Shown: in pieces, positions 1 to 10,759 of the stretch | How positions within the stretch are numbered: position 1 is the stretch's first letter | Layout of the letters: every line of letters begins with the position of its first letter | Source: Dendrobates tinctorius | Lineage: Eukaryota | Direction of reading: 5' to 3' | NCBI RefSeq assembly: GCF_039654945.1 | Contig: NW_027361788.1 | Location: forward strand, 33,046,001 to 33,110,000 | DNA: 64,000 nucleotides | Notes under the pieces: generated by a model | Databases searched by the model: none | What the model saw: only the letters and a program-made list of their open reading frames with translations | Told to the model about the DNA's origin: nothing | Translations under genes and position numbers: made by a program

Positions 1-1163
1 CACGCTAAAAGACTCTTTTTATTGTAAAAATAGTTTTTGCATCACTACATATTGAGAGCTATAATTTTTCCGTATTTTGACCCACCGAGTCATGTGAGGT
101 CTTATTTTTTGCGGGACGAGTTGACGTTTTTATTGGTACCATTTTCGGGCACGTCACATTTTTTGATCACTTTTTATTCCGATTTTTGGGACGCAGAATG
201 AACAAAAACCAGCGTTTCATGAATTTCTTTTGGGGGGGTGCGTTTACACCGTTCCGCGTGCGGTAAAATTGATAAAGCGGTTTTATTCTTCGGGTCAGTA
301 CGGTTACAGCGATACCTCATTTAGGTCTTTTTTTTATATTTTGTCGGTTTTATGCAATGAAAACTATTTTATATAAAAAATAATTATTTTTGCATCGCTT
401 TATTCTGCGAGCTATAACTTTTTTATTTTTTCACTGATGATGCTGTATGGCGGCTCGTTTTTGTGGGACAATAGGACATTTTCAGCGGTAAAATGGATAT
501 TTATATGCGTCTTTTTGATCGCGCGTTATGATAATAAATCATTATTTTTTGCTTCGTTTTTTATTTTTATTTTTCAAGGGGTTCGCTAAAGGAGTTAACT
601 AATGGGACGGTTTTATAGGGCAGGTCGTTATGGACGCGGCGATACTAAATATGTGTACTTTTATTGTTTTGTTTTTTTTTATTTCCAAAAAATTAATTTA
701 TTGGGCGAATATTTTTTTTTTCTAATTTATTTGGCGATTTTTTAAAATTATTTTAACACTTTTTGTTTTTTTTAACTTTATTACATTGTCCCAGGTGGGA
801 TCACTGTGACAGATCAGCGATCTTTCACAGGCAGTGCAGCAGGCTTCCTCGTGCCTGTGCTTTGCAGGCACTGAGGAAGCCGGCTCCCTGCAGGCCCCCG
901 AAGGTCCCCGTCGCCATCTTGGATTCTGGGGCCTGCAGGGAAGGAGCCCCCCGCAGCAGCGCTGCACATTTCGGTGTGCAAGGGGTTAACGTGTCGGGGG
1001 CGGTCCGTGACTGCCCCTGACACATTGTGCCTGGTGTCAGCTGTGATAATCAGCTGACACCCGGCCGCGATCAGCGGCGCTCACCACGACGTACTATCCC
1101 GTCCATGGGAATTAAGTCCCAGGGCACATGGACGGGATAGTACGTCACATGGCAGTAAGGGGT
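1..1163. mobile_element. Right part of a non-autonomous TTAA-target (piggyBac-like, CCC...GGG ends) DNA transposon, truncated by the window edge
   Basis: Ends ...GGCAGTAAGGGG followed by TTAA (1164-1167); the interior is clearly homologous to the complete element at 29138-30394. Confidence 0.7.
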
Positions 1164-1737
1164 TAATATAAAGGAACAACCAATTATTACTTATATTAGT
1201 GATCTGCAACCTGGGGCCGACCAGCCATTTCAGAACTACCACTCCCAGCATGCCCTGGGACAGCTGGAGGGCCACAGGTGGCAGAACACGGACTTAAAAG
1301 GATCATTTCTCTGTAAATGCTGAACTGTAAGGTGATCATGTTACGGTCAGATTTATACCTTTCTGTAGGAAGTTGCTGGTTACCTGTAACGTCTCACGTG
1401 TGTGATATAAAGTTTATGGTGCAGAATCCCGGTTTCTGTCTTAGTTGGAACGTGTTGGCTTATTGGGGAGCTGGAGGGCTGTGATTGGAGGGCAAAGTCC
1501 AAAATCAAACATTAAAGAGGTTTCTGGGACGCTTGATCACTTCTCCTTAGGTAAGGCCATCAATTTCAGATCAATGAGGGTCCGACTCCCAGCACCCCCA
1601 ACAATCACCTGATTTAAAGGAGTTTTTCCCGTCATCATAAATGGATTTTGCCGGACAAGCACATTTGCAATTTACTGCTTATTTACATTTTCAGCCGTTC
1701 TTCAGATATCAACACTTTTTTTATTTACAGATCGTTG

Positions 1738-2011
1738 CCTTGGAGACCGACCACTGCTGCTGGATAGCAGAACATGCACAATGCTTACAAGCATTGCTTT
1801 CCTGCTGGCTGGGATCACTGGAGTGGGTCGTTACCTCCTTATCCCGCCACAGCTTCAGGTCAGTGCTTACAAGCTACATAGCAGTGGTGTGGTGGTCGGA
1901 GGGAACCGTACGCTCCAGTGTTGCTGGCCAGCTTCAAAATAACTCAGTAGAAACAAGCTTACAAACACAGTGCATGTTTTGTTGTCCAGCAGCAGCGGTC
2001 GGTCTCCTAGG
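1738..2011. mobile_element. MITE with ~50-bp terminal inverted repeats (second copy ~44092-44365 in the right arm)
   Basis: GGAGACCGACCACTGCTGCTGGA... pairs with ...TCCAGCAGCAGCGGTCGGTCTCC. Confidence 0.65.
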
Positions 2012-4497
2012 AAAACTAATCAATATTAGTCCCGGAAAGCCGAAAATCACAAATAGTGCAATGAGGGGTGTATGGAGCGGGCACAGGGGGGCTCAGGAAG
2101 TAGAATGGCTCCATACATGGTGGGTATCAGCTGTGTTATACAGCCAGCACCTGCTTCCAACAGCAGCGACCAGTGCTAGCTCCGATTGCAGCTGTTATTG
2201 ACTAACAGTGGCACCTAAACTGGTACAGTGGTTTCAGCGCCCACCGCGCAATGCAGGACTACAGTTTTTTCCTTCAATGACCATCTCCCAAAAAATGTAC
2301 TAAAACAGCTATCAAACCATCTAATGCTCCCCAAAATGTTACAATAAAAACTATAGCTCACTTCGCAATAAACTCTTGCACAGCTCCATCAATGTGAAAA
2401 TTGAAAAAAAGTTGAGTCTGGCACCAAAAAAATAAAAAAAATATATATTTTTTTACAAAAGTCAGAATTTTTTTAAGCACTTCAATACAAAAAAATTAGA
2501 AAACCCTTAGGTTTGGTATTGCTATGATCTTACCGACCTGGAGAATCATAGTCCCAGATGTTTTTTAATGTACAATGAACAGTGTAAAAAAAAATGGCAG
2601 CACTTTTTTCCCACTTTTCATCCCGCATTGTATGGTAAGATGAATGGCGTCATTCATAACTACAACTCGACGCCCAATAAATAAGCCCTCATACAGCAAT
2701 GTCAGGTATATGTGAAGGGGAGGAAGAAACAAAACAAAACTGGCTGCGTCTCCGAGGGGTTGTGGTTATAGCTGCAGTACCAGTCACAGCCTATAGACAA
2801 GGGTGGCGCTGATTCTGGGGAAAGAAAAACTATCTGCCTCTATTTTTATTTTCGTAAAAGTAAAAATGTTCTGAAGATAAAAAAAAATGCTGAAGCAGCG
2901 TGTTTCTGGCTGCAAATGGAGCCGCTGTGCCAACCGTTCATTATGGTTTACATTAATTATGTGCCAATTAAAGCAGATCATAAATCTGGCCCGATTCCAT
3001 TCCTCCAGAGTCACACTTGGCTACAGACACAGTGTGCTGTTCCGTCTAAGTTATGATTATATCGTTTCATAGACTGTGTTATTTTCCATGCTGTGTAGTC
3101 CTGCATTTGCTCTGCTGCCACCTGCTGTCCTTTTTCTGCTGCTAATTAATTCTTGCCCATGCCTTTCACATCAGGGTCAGGTCATGCCTTCTTCTTCCTG
3201 CTAGCAGCCATTCTTAGTTTAACTCTCACCCGGGAGAGACACACTTGTACCGAGATGTGAAAGGCATCAGTTTTTCGACCACATTTGCTGCACGATTTGC
3301 TCCACCTTGCTTCACAATTTGCTGTATCACCATTGTTGTTAACATTCTGCACGTCTGGAGAACCTACTGCATTACCAATCATACTCTGTATGTCCAGATT
3401 TCCAAATAAACATGTCTGGACTTCACAGTCCCTGGTGTGTATCATCTCTCTGGACGCTGAACAGCAACAATGGTCCTGTCTGCTCTGCATTGAGGAAACG
3501 GAAGATAGGAATCTCTCCCAGCCCCACTCAAATACACCTCCATTCGCCTCATGTGGCGACAGAACAGTCGAAAAACTGCCTTGAGCCCGGCCAGAATTAC
3601 CCTTACTTCCCTATCCACATGCCTGCGCTCTGCCTGCTCACATACTGCAGCCCTGCCCTGCTAAGAAATTGTCTGCATCGTCACCCCAGATCGCATTGTG
3701 CATAGAGACTCTCTGTATATAATTCCACATTGCTGCAGATTGTCGGACTGCAAAACCCCACAATTCTCCAAAATCAGCTTGGGAATCTCGTCAGGACGTC
3801 TTAACTAAGCTGCTCTGCGATTTCCAGCCCCCAATTCAAAAGTTCAGTTTCTTAAAGAGACAGTGCACCTTAAATCAAAATGGCCAAAAAAGACCCTGCA
3901 GTCTCCCACTGCTGAAACAGAGCAAATACAACCCGATACTGTCCATTATGAAGAGGGGGAAACAGAGCCAGCTTCAGAAACAGGCCAAGACTCACAACCA
4001 GTACGCTCCCTTAAGCCGTTAAAGGTCCTCGAGAACTACCATTCCACGAAGGATGAGTTCAATGACAACCTGGACAACCTATGGGAACGAGTCACCTTCT
4101 TCATGTCAGGCATTCAGCACCACAAAAATGATGCAGCGAGTCTACAGGACACTATAAAACGGCTAGACACGGCCCACGGAAGATACACGAGACTGTCCGC
4201 AAGGTACGTTGCCTACCTAAAAGACTCTAATATTGATGAAGCCTCATCAGAGTTAAGCAAAGCAGATTCCACCGACAGAGAAAAGGAATGCCGCTGTGCA
4301 AGACGTCATAGATAAAGCGGAGCTCCGTATTGCTCATCTTCAAGAATCAATATCTCACAGGTCAGGTTCATCCAAGCACTCTACTCGGTCATACAAGTCA
4401 TCCTGCTCAAAAACTTCAACTCTCAGTGATAGAATCCTAGAGGCCCGTTTAAACGCAGAGCGATCCAAACTTAGACGTTCCTACACAGAAAAGAAAG

Positions 4498-4822
4498 CAG
4501 AGGCCGAAGCCAAGAAAGTAGAAGCGGAGGCCGAAGCCAAGAAAGTAGAAGCGGAGGCCGAAGCCAAGAAAGTAGAAGCGGAGGCCGAAGCCAAGAAAGC
4601 TGAAGCACAGGCAGAATCCAGGAAAGCTGAAGCACAGGCAGAATCCAGGAAAGCTGAAGCACAGGCAGAATCCAAGAAAGCTGAAGCACAGGCAGAATCC
4701 AAGAAAGCTGAAGCACAGGCAGAATCCAAGAAAGCTGAAGCACAGGCAGAAGCCAACAAAGCTGAAACACAGGCAGAATCCAAGAAAGCTGAAGCACAGG
4801 CAGAATCCAAGAAAGCAGAGGC
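4498..4822 (+). repeat. 27-nt in-frame coding tandem repeat (EAEAEAKKV / EAQAESKKA, about 12 units) in BEL gag
   Basis: GAAGCACAGGCAGAATCCAAGAAAGCT repeated; seen in the translation of ORF 4296..5408. Confidence 0.9.
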
Positions 4823-5408
4823 TCAAGCAAGGATTCTTCCAACACAAATGGAGCAAGAAATCGCGCTAGCCGAAGTTAAAATACTCGAGCAGGCATTGAA
4901 TCAAAACCTCGACCCGATTTGCCTACCACCACTGGAAGAAAAGGACCAAGCTGTCCGTACCAGTGATTACGTGCAGAAACAGATATCTGCAGCACACACC
5001 TTCTCCAGCAACGTTCAACTGAACAATGTGGAAATGTCCAAGTCAGCCCAACTTACGGTGCCAGTGTTACGCCATAATGCATCCCCTAAGGATCAACAAT
5101 CATCACAAGACGCACTCCAGTCCATCTCCACAGTTCTGTTAGGAGTCAGATTTCTGCCCCTACTATGCAGGAATCTAGACCCTCACATTCTGCAGTCTCC
5201 TGCTCATTGTCTACTGCAGGAGATATTGCAGAGGAGATTGCCTTGCAGCAACTCTCTCCGGAGGCTAAGTCCTTCTTTCCATCTTCTGAGCATGCTCGTG
5301 GAACGAGTCCCCATTGGTGTTCGGGAGTCAGGTGCTCAGGTCCTGCTCTTATTCCCATTGGTTCAGCTCAGAGTTTTGGAGACTTCCAGAAGGTCCTGTT
5401 TGCTATAA

Positions 5409-5704
5409 GGGTATGTGCACACGTAGTGAAATCTGCTGCGTTTCCGGCTCTGCGGAAACGCAGCAGATTCTGCTGCGTTGTACAGTACCTTTATTTTCAA
5501 TGGAAAAAAAACCGCAGTGCACATGCTGTGGATTTTTTCCGCGGTTTACAATCCACAGCATGTCAATTGTTTGGTGCAGAAACGCTGCAGTTTTACACCT
5601 CATCCATTATGAGGTGTAAAACCGCAGGGCAAAACCGCAGATAAACCGCAGGACTTTTGTCCTGCGGATGTACCTGCGGTTTTCTCTCCAAAATCCGCAC
5701 ACCC
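5409..5704. mobile_element. PIF/Harbinger-like MITE inserted in the Gypsy 5' LTR
   Basis: Absent from the 3' LTR (GCTATAAAAAGTGCG at 7946-7960); TAA TSD at 5406-5408 and 5705-5707; GGG...CCC termini. Confidence 0.85.
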
Positions 5705-6324
5705 TAAAAAGTGCGCATGGCTGTTCCGCCATGCGCTAGTATAGTCATACTTGCTGCTGTGTGTATGTTGATGGATGTATGATCTGGTGAATGACTCATT
5801 TGAAACCCCATTCCTATGATATTACGTCTGTGTGAAGGAATGAGTTATAGCCAGTATTAGCGCCAGCACGCCATTGCTCCACAAGCACACCTGCTAGCGT
5901 CTACATCGCGCCTGCGTTACTGCGGTGTTACTCTGCGGCATTCTCCACGCCGCGCTGCTGTAGCAGCTTCAGTGTGCGTTCGCAGTTGCAACGCTGTTCA
6001 CACAAGTAATTACGGTAGGTCTAGATGGATGTAGTGCCGTCATTTATAACTACTCCGGTGACCACTTACCGCTTGTGTGCCGCTGAGTCCCTGTGTCTCT
6101 AACAGGTTCAGCGTTGTTACATTTATCATTTGTAATAGCAGCTCTGTGAATTCAACAGAGATTGCTTAAGTGCACCTGGGTGATATCTAACCCTGTGCAC
6201 ACTACCGCCAGATTGCTCTTCCCTCACCTAGCAGCGGCTTTAACATCTACTGCACGGTGGACCCCGAGTGGCGAACGCACTTTATTTATATTTTTTATTT
6301 AGTGCCTTCCGCCACTCCTGACAT

Positions 6325-6335
6325 TATACTAGCGC
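6325..6335 (+). promoter_or_regulatory. Self-priming primer-binding site of the Gypsy element
   Basis: TATACTAGCGC just after the 5' LTR is the exact reverse complement of GCGCTAGTATA at 5733-5743 inside the LTR, ~30 nt downstream of the TATA box. Confidence 0.8.
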
Positions 6336-9300
6336 CAGGGTCTGGCTAGTGATGGCAGAACAGCAGCAACTCTTACAGTGCATTCGCCAGCTAGAGGGTC
6401 ACTTGGCCACTCTTGAGAGGGCTCTCTCTGCTGCGCAGTCCACTGAAGCTGCTGTAAATGCACTCACAGATGCGGTTGGTCGCATGTCCATGTCCTCCCT
6501 CGCACCGACAGTTACCCGCCTCCCGTTGCCCGATAAATTTTCCGGTGATGATGCCTCCTGTAGAGGTTTCATCAGCCAGTGCTCAATCCAGCTGGAGCTG
6601 CTGGCTGAGCAGTTCCCTATGTAACGGGCCAAAGTGGCATTTATTCTTTCCCTACTGTCGGGCAAGGCGTTGGAATGGGCTACACCTTTATAGGAGCGTG
6701 GTGACCCCGAGATTCGGACCGCAGCTCACCTGCTAACAGCCATCAAGCAGGTCTTCCTCGGTCCACGGGTCACACACGACACCTCTCTGCAGCTGATTGC
6801 TCTAACCCAGGGATCCCTCTCGGTTAGCTAGTACGCCGTCCGTTTTCGGACACTGGTGTCCGAGCTGGAGTGGTCCGATAAGGACCTTATCCCTGTTTTT
6901 TGGAGCGGTTTAGCCGAGCACGTAAAGGATGCTCTCTCTACTAGAGAGATTCCTGCCAGTTTGGAGGAGTTAATTTCCATTTCTACCCGTATTGACCTCC
7001 GTTTTTCGGAGCGCGGTATGGAGAGTGCTCACTCCAAACGGAGAGTTACTCCGGCTCCCAATTTTTTTGAGCCTCTAGAGCTGCCCGAGCCAGAGGTTCT
7101 ATCCCCAGAGCCCATGGAGGTGTCTCGCGCCATTTTTGAGACACGCCCGGCTCAAGATCCCATTTGCGGTTGTCACCGTCTACACGCTGCTTCTCAGGAT
7201 GACAGCGTTCCGCAATGGTCAGAGTCTGTGTCGGTCGGCGAGACCTTTGTTCTTTCTCGCCTTAGGCCTAAGATTCTCGCCTGGGCGCACGCGTCCAGTG
7301 CGGATGGCCATAGTGGCTATATGCAGACCACGAAACTTCTGGCTGGGTCGTATTGGTGGCCGCACAGGGCTCAGGATGTAAAAAAATTTATTCGGGCATG
7401 CACCTCATGTGCTCGGGATAGCCTTCCCAGATGGAGTGTGGCGACGATCGCCGACACACGACAGTGTTCCACTGTAACTCCGGCTCCCATCGTCTCCCGG
7501 TTGTCCCTTTTGAAATCTGGTGATCTTGCTTCCCCTAACGCCTTCCGTGTGTCCCGGTTGTCTGTGTCACCTACCAGGACACCAGGCTCATCTTCGGACG
7601 AGTGTGAGACCTATGCCACAGTTGGGCACAGGTTGGTGGGTCGGAAGGCTCAGGGAGGAGGGGCCCTAGGAGGAGGGTAATGTTAGGAGTCAGATTTCTG
7701 CCCGTACTATGCAGGAATCTAGACCCTCACATTCTGCAGTCTCCTGCTCATTGTCTACTGCAGAAGATATTGCAGAGGAGATTGCCTTGCAGCAACTCTC
7801 TTTGGAGGCTAAGTCCTTCTTTCCATCTTCTGAGCATGCTCGTGGAACGGGTCCCCATTGGTGTTCGGGAGTCAGGTGCTCAGGTCCTGCTCCTATTCCC
7901 ATTAGTTCAGCTCAGAGTTCTGGAGACTTCCGGAAGGTCCCATTTGCTATAAAAAGTGCGCATGGCTATTCCGCCATGCGCTAGTATAGTCATACTTGCT
8001 GCTGTGTGTATGTTGATGGAAGTATGATCTGGTGAATGACTCATTTGAAACCCCATTCCTATGATATTACGTCTGTGTGAGGGAATGAGTTATAGCCAGT
8101 ATTAGCGCCAGCACGCCACTGCTCCACAAGCACACCTGCTAGCGTCTACATCGCGCCTGCGTTACTGCGGTGTTACCCTGCGGCATTCTCCACGCCGCGC
8201 TGCTGTAGCAGCTTCAGTGTGCGTTCGCGGTTGCAACGCTGTTCACACAAGTAATTACGGTAGGTCTAGACGGATGTAGTGCCGTCATTTATAACTACTC
8301 CGGTGACCACTTACCGCTTGTGTGCCGCTGAGTCCCTGTGTCTCTAACAGGCTCAGCGTTGTTACATTTATCATTTGTAATAGCAGCTCTGTGAATTCAA
8401 CAGAGATTGCTTAAGTGCACCTGGGTGATATCTAACCCTGTGCACACTACCGCCAGATTGCTCTGCCTTCACCTAGCAGCGGTTTTAACATCTACTGCAC
8501 GGTGGACCCCGAGTGGCGAACGCACTTTATTTATATTTAGTGCCTTCTGCCACTCCTAACAAGTTCAAGCCTAGTCATCGAAATCTCCAGAGGTTAAACC
8601 ACAGCTCAACCCTGCAGCAACATCATTCTACCCGGGAACAATTCACCCGTCCACGCCACACAGCTTATACGCCCGAGGGGCACACAAGCTAACACGGTAA
8701 CAAGGAGTGAAGGATCAGACATGTCCGAGTTTGCCTGGTGTATGGTGAGCAAAGATCTAATCAGCACCAGCCTCTCAAGGTTTGACGACTGTGCAGAGAA
8801 CTACAGAGCCTGGAAAGCAACCTTCAAGGCCACCATTGCTGACCTCAACCTATCCGCAGAACAGGAGCTCGACCTCATGGTAAAATGGTTGGGTCCTAAC
8901 TCCACAAACCGTATCAAGAGTCTTCAGACCATCTACGTGGGGCAAGCTGAAGCAGGTCTCGCTGCTGCCTGGCTGAGACTCGAAAGAACCTATGGCAGCG
9001 CTGATGCCATAGAAGAGTCCCTATTCAAGAGACTGCAGAACGTTCCAAGGATTAACCTTAAGGAAGCCCACAAGCTTCTGGACGTAAGCGATCTGCTTAT
9101 GGAGCTGGAACTCGCAAAAAGAGACCCTCGTCTGTCTGGATTATGCTACCTAGACACCGCCCATGGGGTGAACCCAATCATCTCAAAGCTGCCACATAGT
9201 CTGCAAGAGAAGTGGGCAGTATGCGTTTCCAGGTACAAAAGGTCACATGATGTCACCTTTCCTCCGTTCAATCAGTTCTCCAAGTTTGTCAACGAACAGG

Positions 9301-10759
9301 CCCAAATAAGGAACGACCCTAGCCTAGACTTCCTGGAGTCTAACACTACAGCTCCAGCAACACCGTCATCAAGGTATGAAAGCGTCTCACATGGACGCAA
9401 GGACTTGAGAAATAGTGTAAGTGTCAGAAAGACTAACCTGCCACCACCTGCGGTACCCTCCGATAACCAGTACACTATTCCGTCGAGAGATACGTCTTTC
9501 AATCGTGAGTGTCCCATTCACAAGAAACCACACTCGTTGAACAAATGTAGAGGCTTCAGGTCCAAAACCATGCAGGAGCGCAAGAAAATCCTCAGCGAAC
9601 TTGGGGTATGTTTCAAGTGCTGCACCTCATTAGAACACATGGCCAAGGACTGTAAATCTGCCATTAAGTGTGAAGAGTGTCATGGTGACAAACACCCATC
9701 AGCTTTGCATCCAACCTCAGCAACCAGCGATCCAGCAGTCGCAGTTACCTCTAGTCCGGCTACAAGCCATGACGGGGAGCCACAGAATAACGCCAATTCT
9801 ACCACGGCTGTCTCCTGCTCATGCTCAGAGGTATGTGGGGAGAGCCAAAGTGATAAATGCTGTGCCAGGATATGCCTAATCAGAGTTTATCCAGAAGGGC
9901 AACCAGAGAAGGCAGTAAAAATGTATGCCATCATTGATGATCAGAGCAATCGATCCCTAGCTGGACCTAAGTTCTTTGAAGCCTTTAGAATCAAGGGACC
10001 AGCAACGCCATATACTCTGAACACTTGCTCAGGCCGCATAGAGACCAGTGGCAGGAGGGCACAAGGTTTCATTGCTTCTCCTGTCAAGTATGGACTTCAC
10101 AATCCCTTGTGTGTATCATCTCTCCGGACACTGAACAGCATATGGTCCTGTCTGCTCTGCATTGAGGAAACGGAAGGGAGGAATCTCTCCCAGCCCCAAT
10201 CAGCTACACCTCCATTCGCCTCATGTGGGGACAGAACACACGGCATGTGCAGAAGGGATAAGGCTTACTAATTGGGGACACCATGCAGGGCGGTCATGCT
10301 GCTCTGTATAACAAGAGGCCTGTCATTCACCGAGAATCCCAGAAACCAGAGCTGGAGGTAGTTCTGCTCAATATTGCAGTAATCAGACAGTATAAAAATG
10401 CATGCATGAAAAAAAAACCTCATAGTTGCTTTAGACCAGAAACAGCGCCATCTCTGACCACAGGTCATGTCCGGTATTGCAGCTCAGCACCATTGCCGTA
10501 AATAGAGATCAGCTGCAATACCAGACACGACCTGTGAACAGCAGGGGCATTGTTTTTGGAAGAATAAAAATAACCATCTGTTTTTCAAGTTGCATAATAT
10601 CACGGTCCTGCTGCAATTTCACTTAAACGGATGCAGGTTTTCGTGGTCAATGGCTAAATAAATCCTTTTGGTACAAGATATTAAAAAGAATGACATTTTT
10701 CCATCTGTTCCTCTGCTTGTTGTCATTGAATAGGAACCATCATGGTTTATTGGTCACAG

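Larger units (their letters stand above)
5137..8561 (+). mobile_element. Non-autonomous Gypsy (Tf1/Sushi chromovirus-group) LTR retrotransposon nested in BEL gag
   Basis: LTRs 5137-6323 and 7681-8561 (TG...CA); perfect 5-bp TSD AGTTC (5132-5136, 8562-8566); PPT ~7653-7680. Sushi/PEG10-like gag (LPLPDKFSGDDASCRGFISQC) from ATG 6352 with stops; integrase zinc-binding remnant (AH...GH...YWWP...CTSC). Confidence 0.92.
3879..10090 (+). pseudogene. BEL/Pao gag-protease coding remnant, frameshifted and split by the Gypsy insertion
   Basis: ORF pieces 3863-4315, 4296-5136 and 8721-~10090; BEL zinc knuckles and aspartic protease motif. Confidence 0.8.
3033..10238 (+). mobile_element. BEL/Pao LTR retrotransposon, internally deleted (gag and protease kept; RT, RNase H, integrase and most of the 3' LTR lost)
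   Basis: 5' LTR 3033-3566 (TG...CA); partial 3' LTR ~10091-10238 matches 3417-3566. 5-bp TSD CACAG (3028-3032)/CACGG (10239-10243); the right arm has the empty site. ORF 8721-10271 has BEL-type triple Cys/His knuckles (CPIHKKPHSLNKC, CFKCCTSLEHMAKDC, CEECHGDKHPSALH) and a protease motif YAIIDDQS. Confidence 0.9.

Noticed and set aside
1641-2201. 186-aa ORF duplicated at 43911-44363
   Set aside because: It spans a MITE, resembles no protein I recognise, and is conserved only because of the recent duplication.
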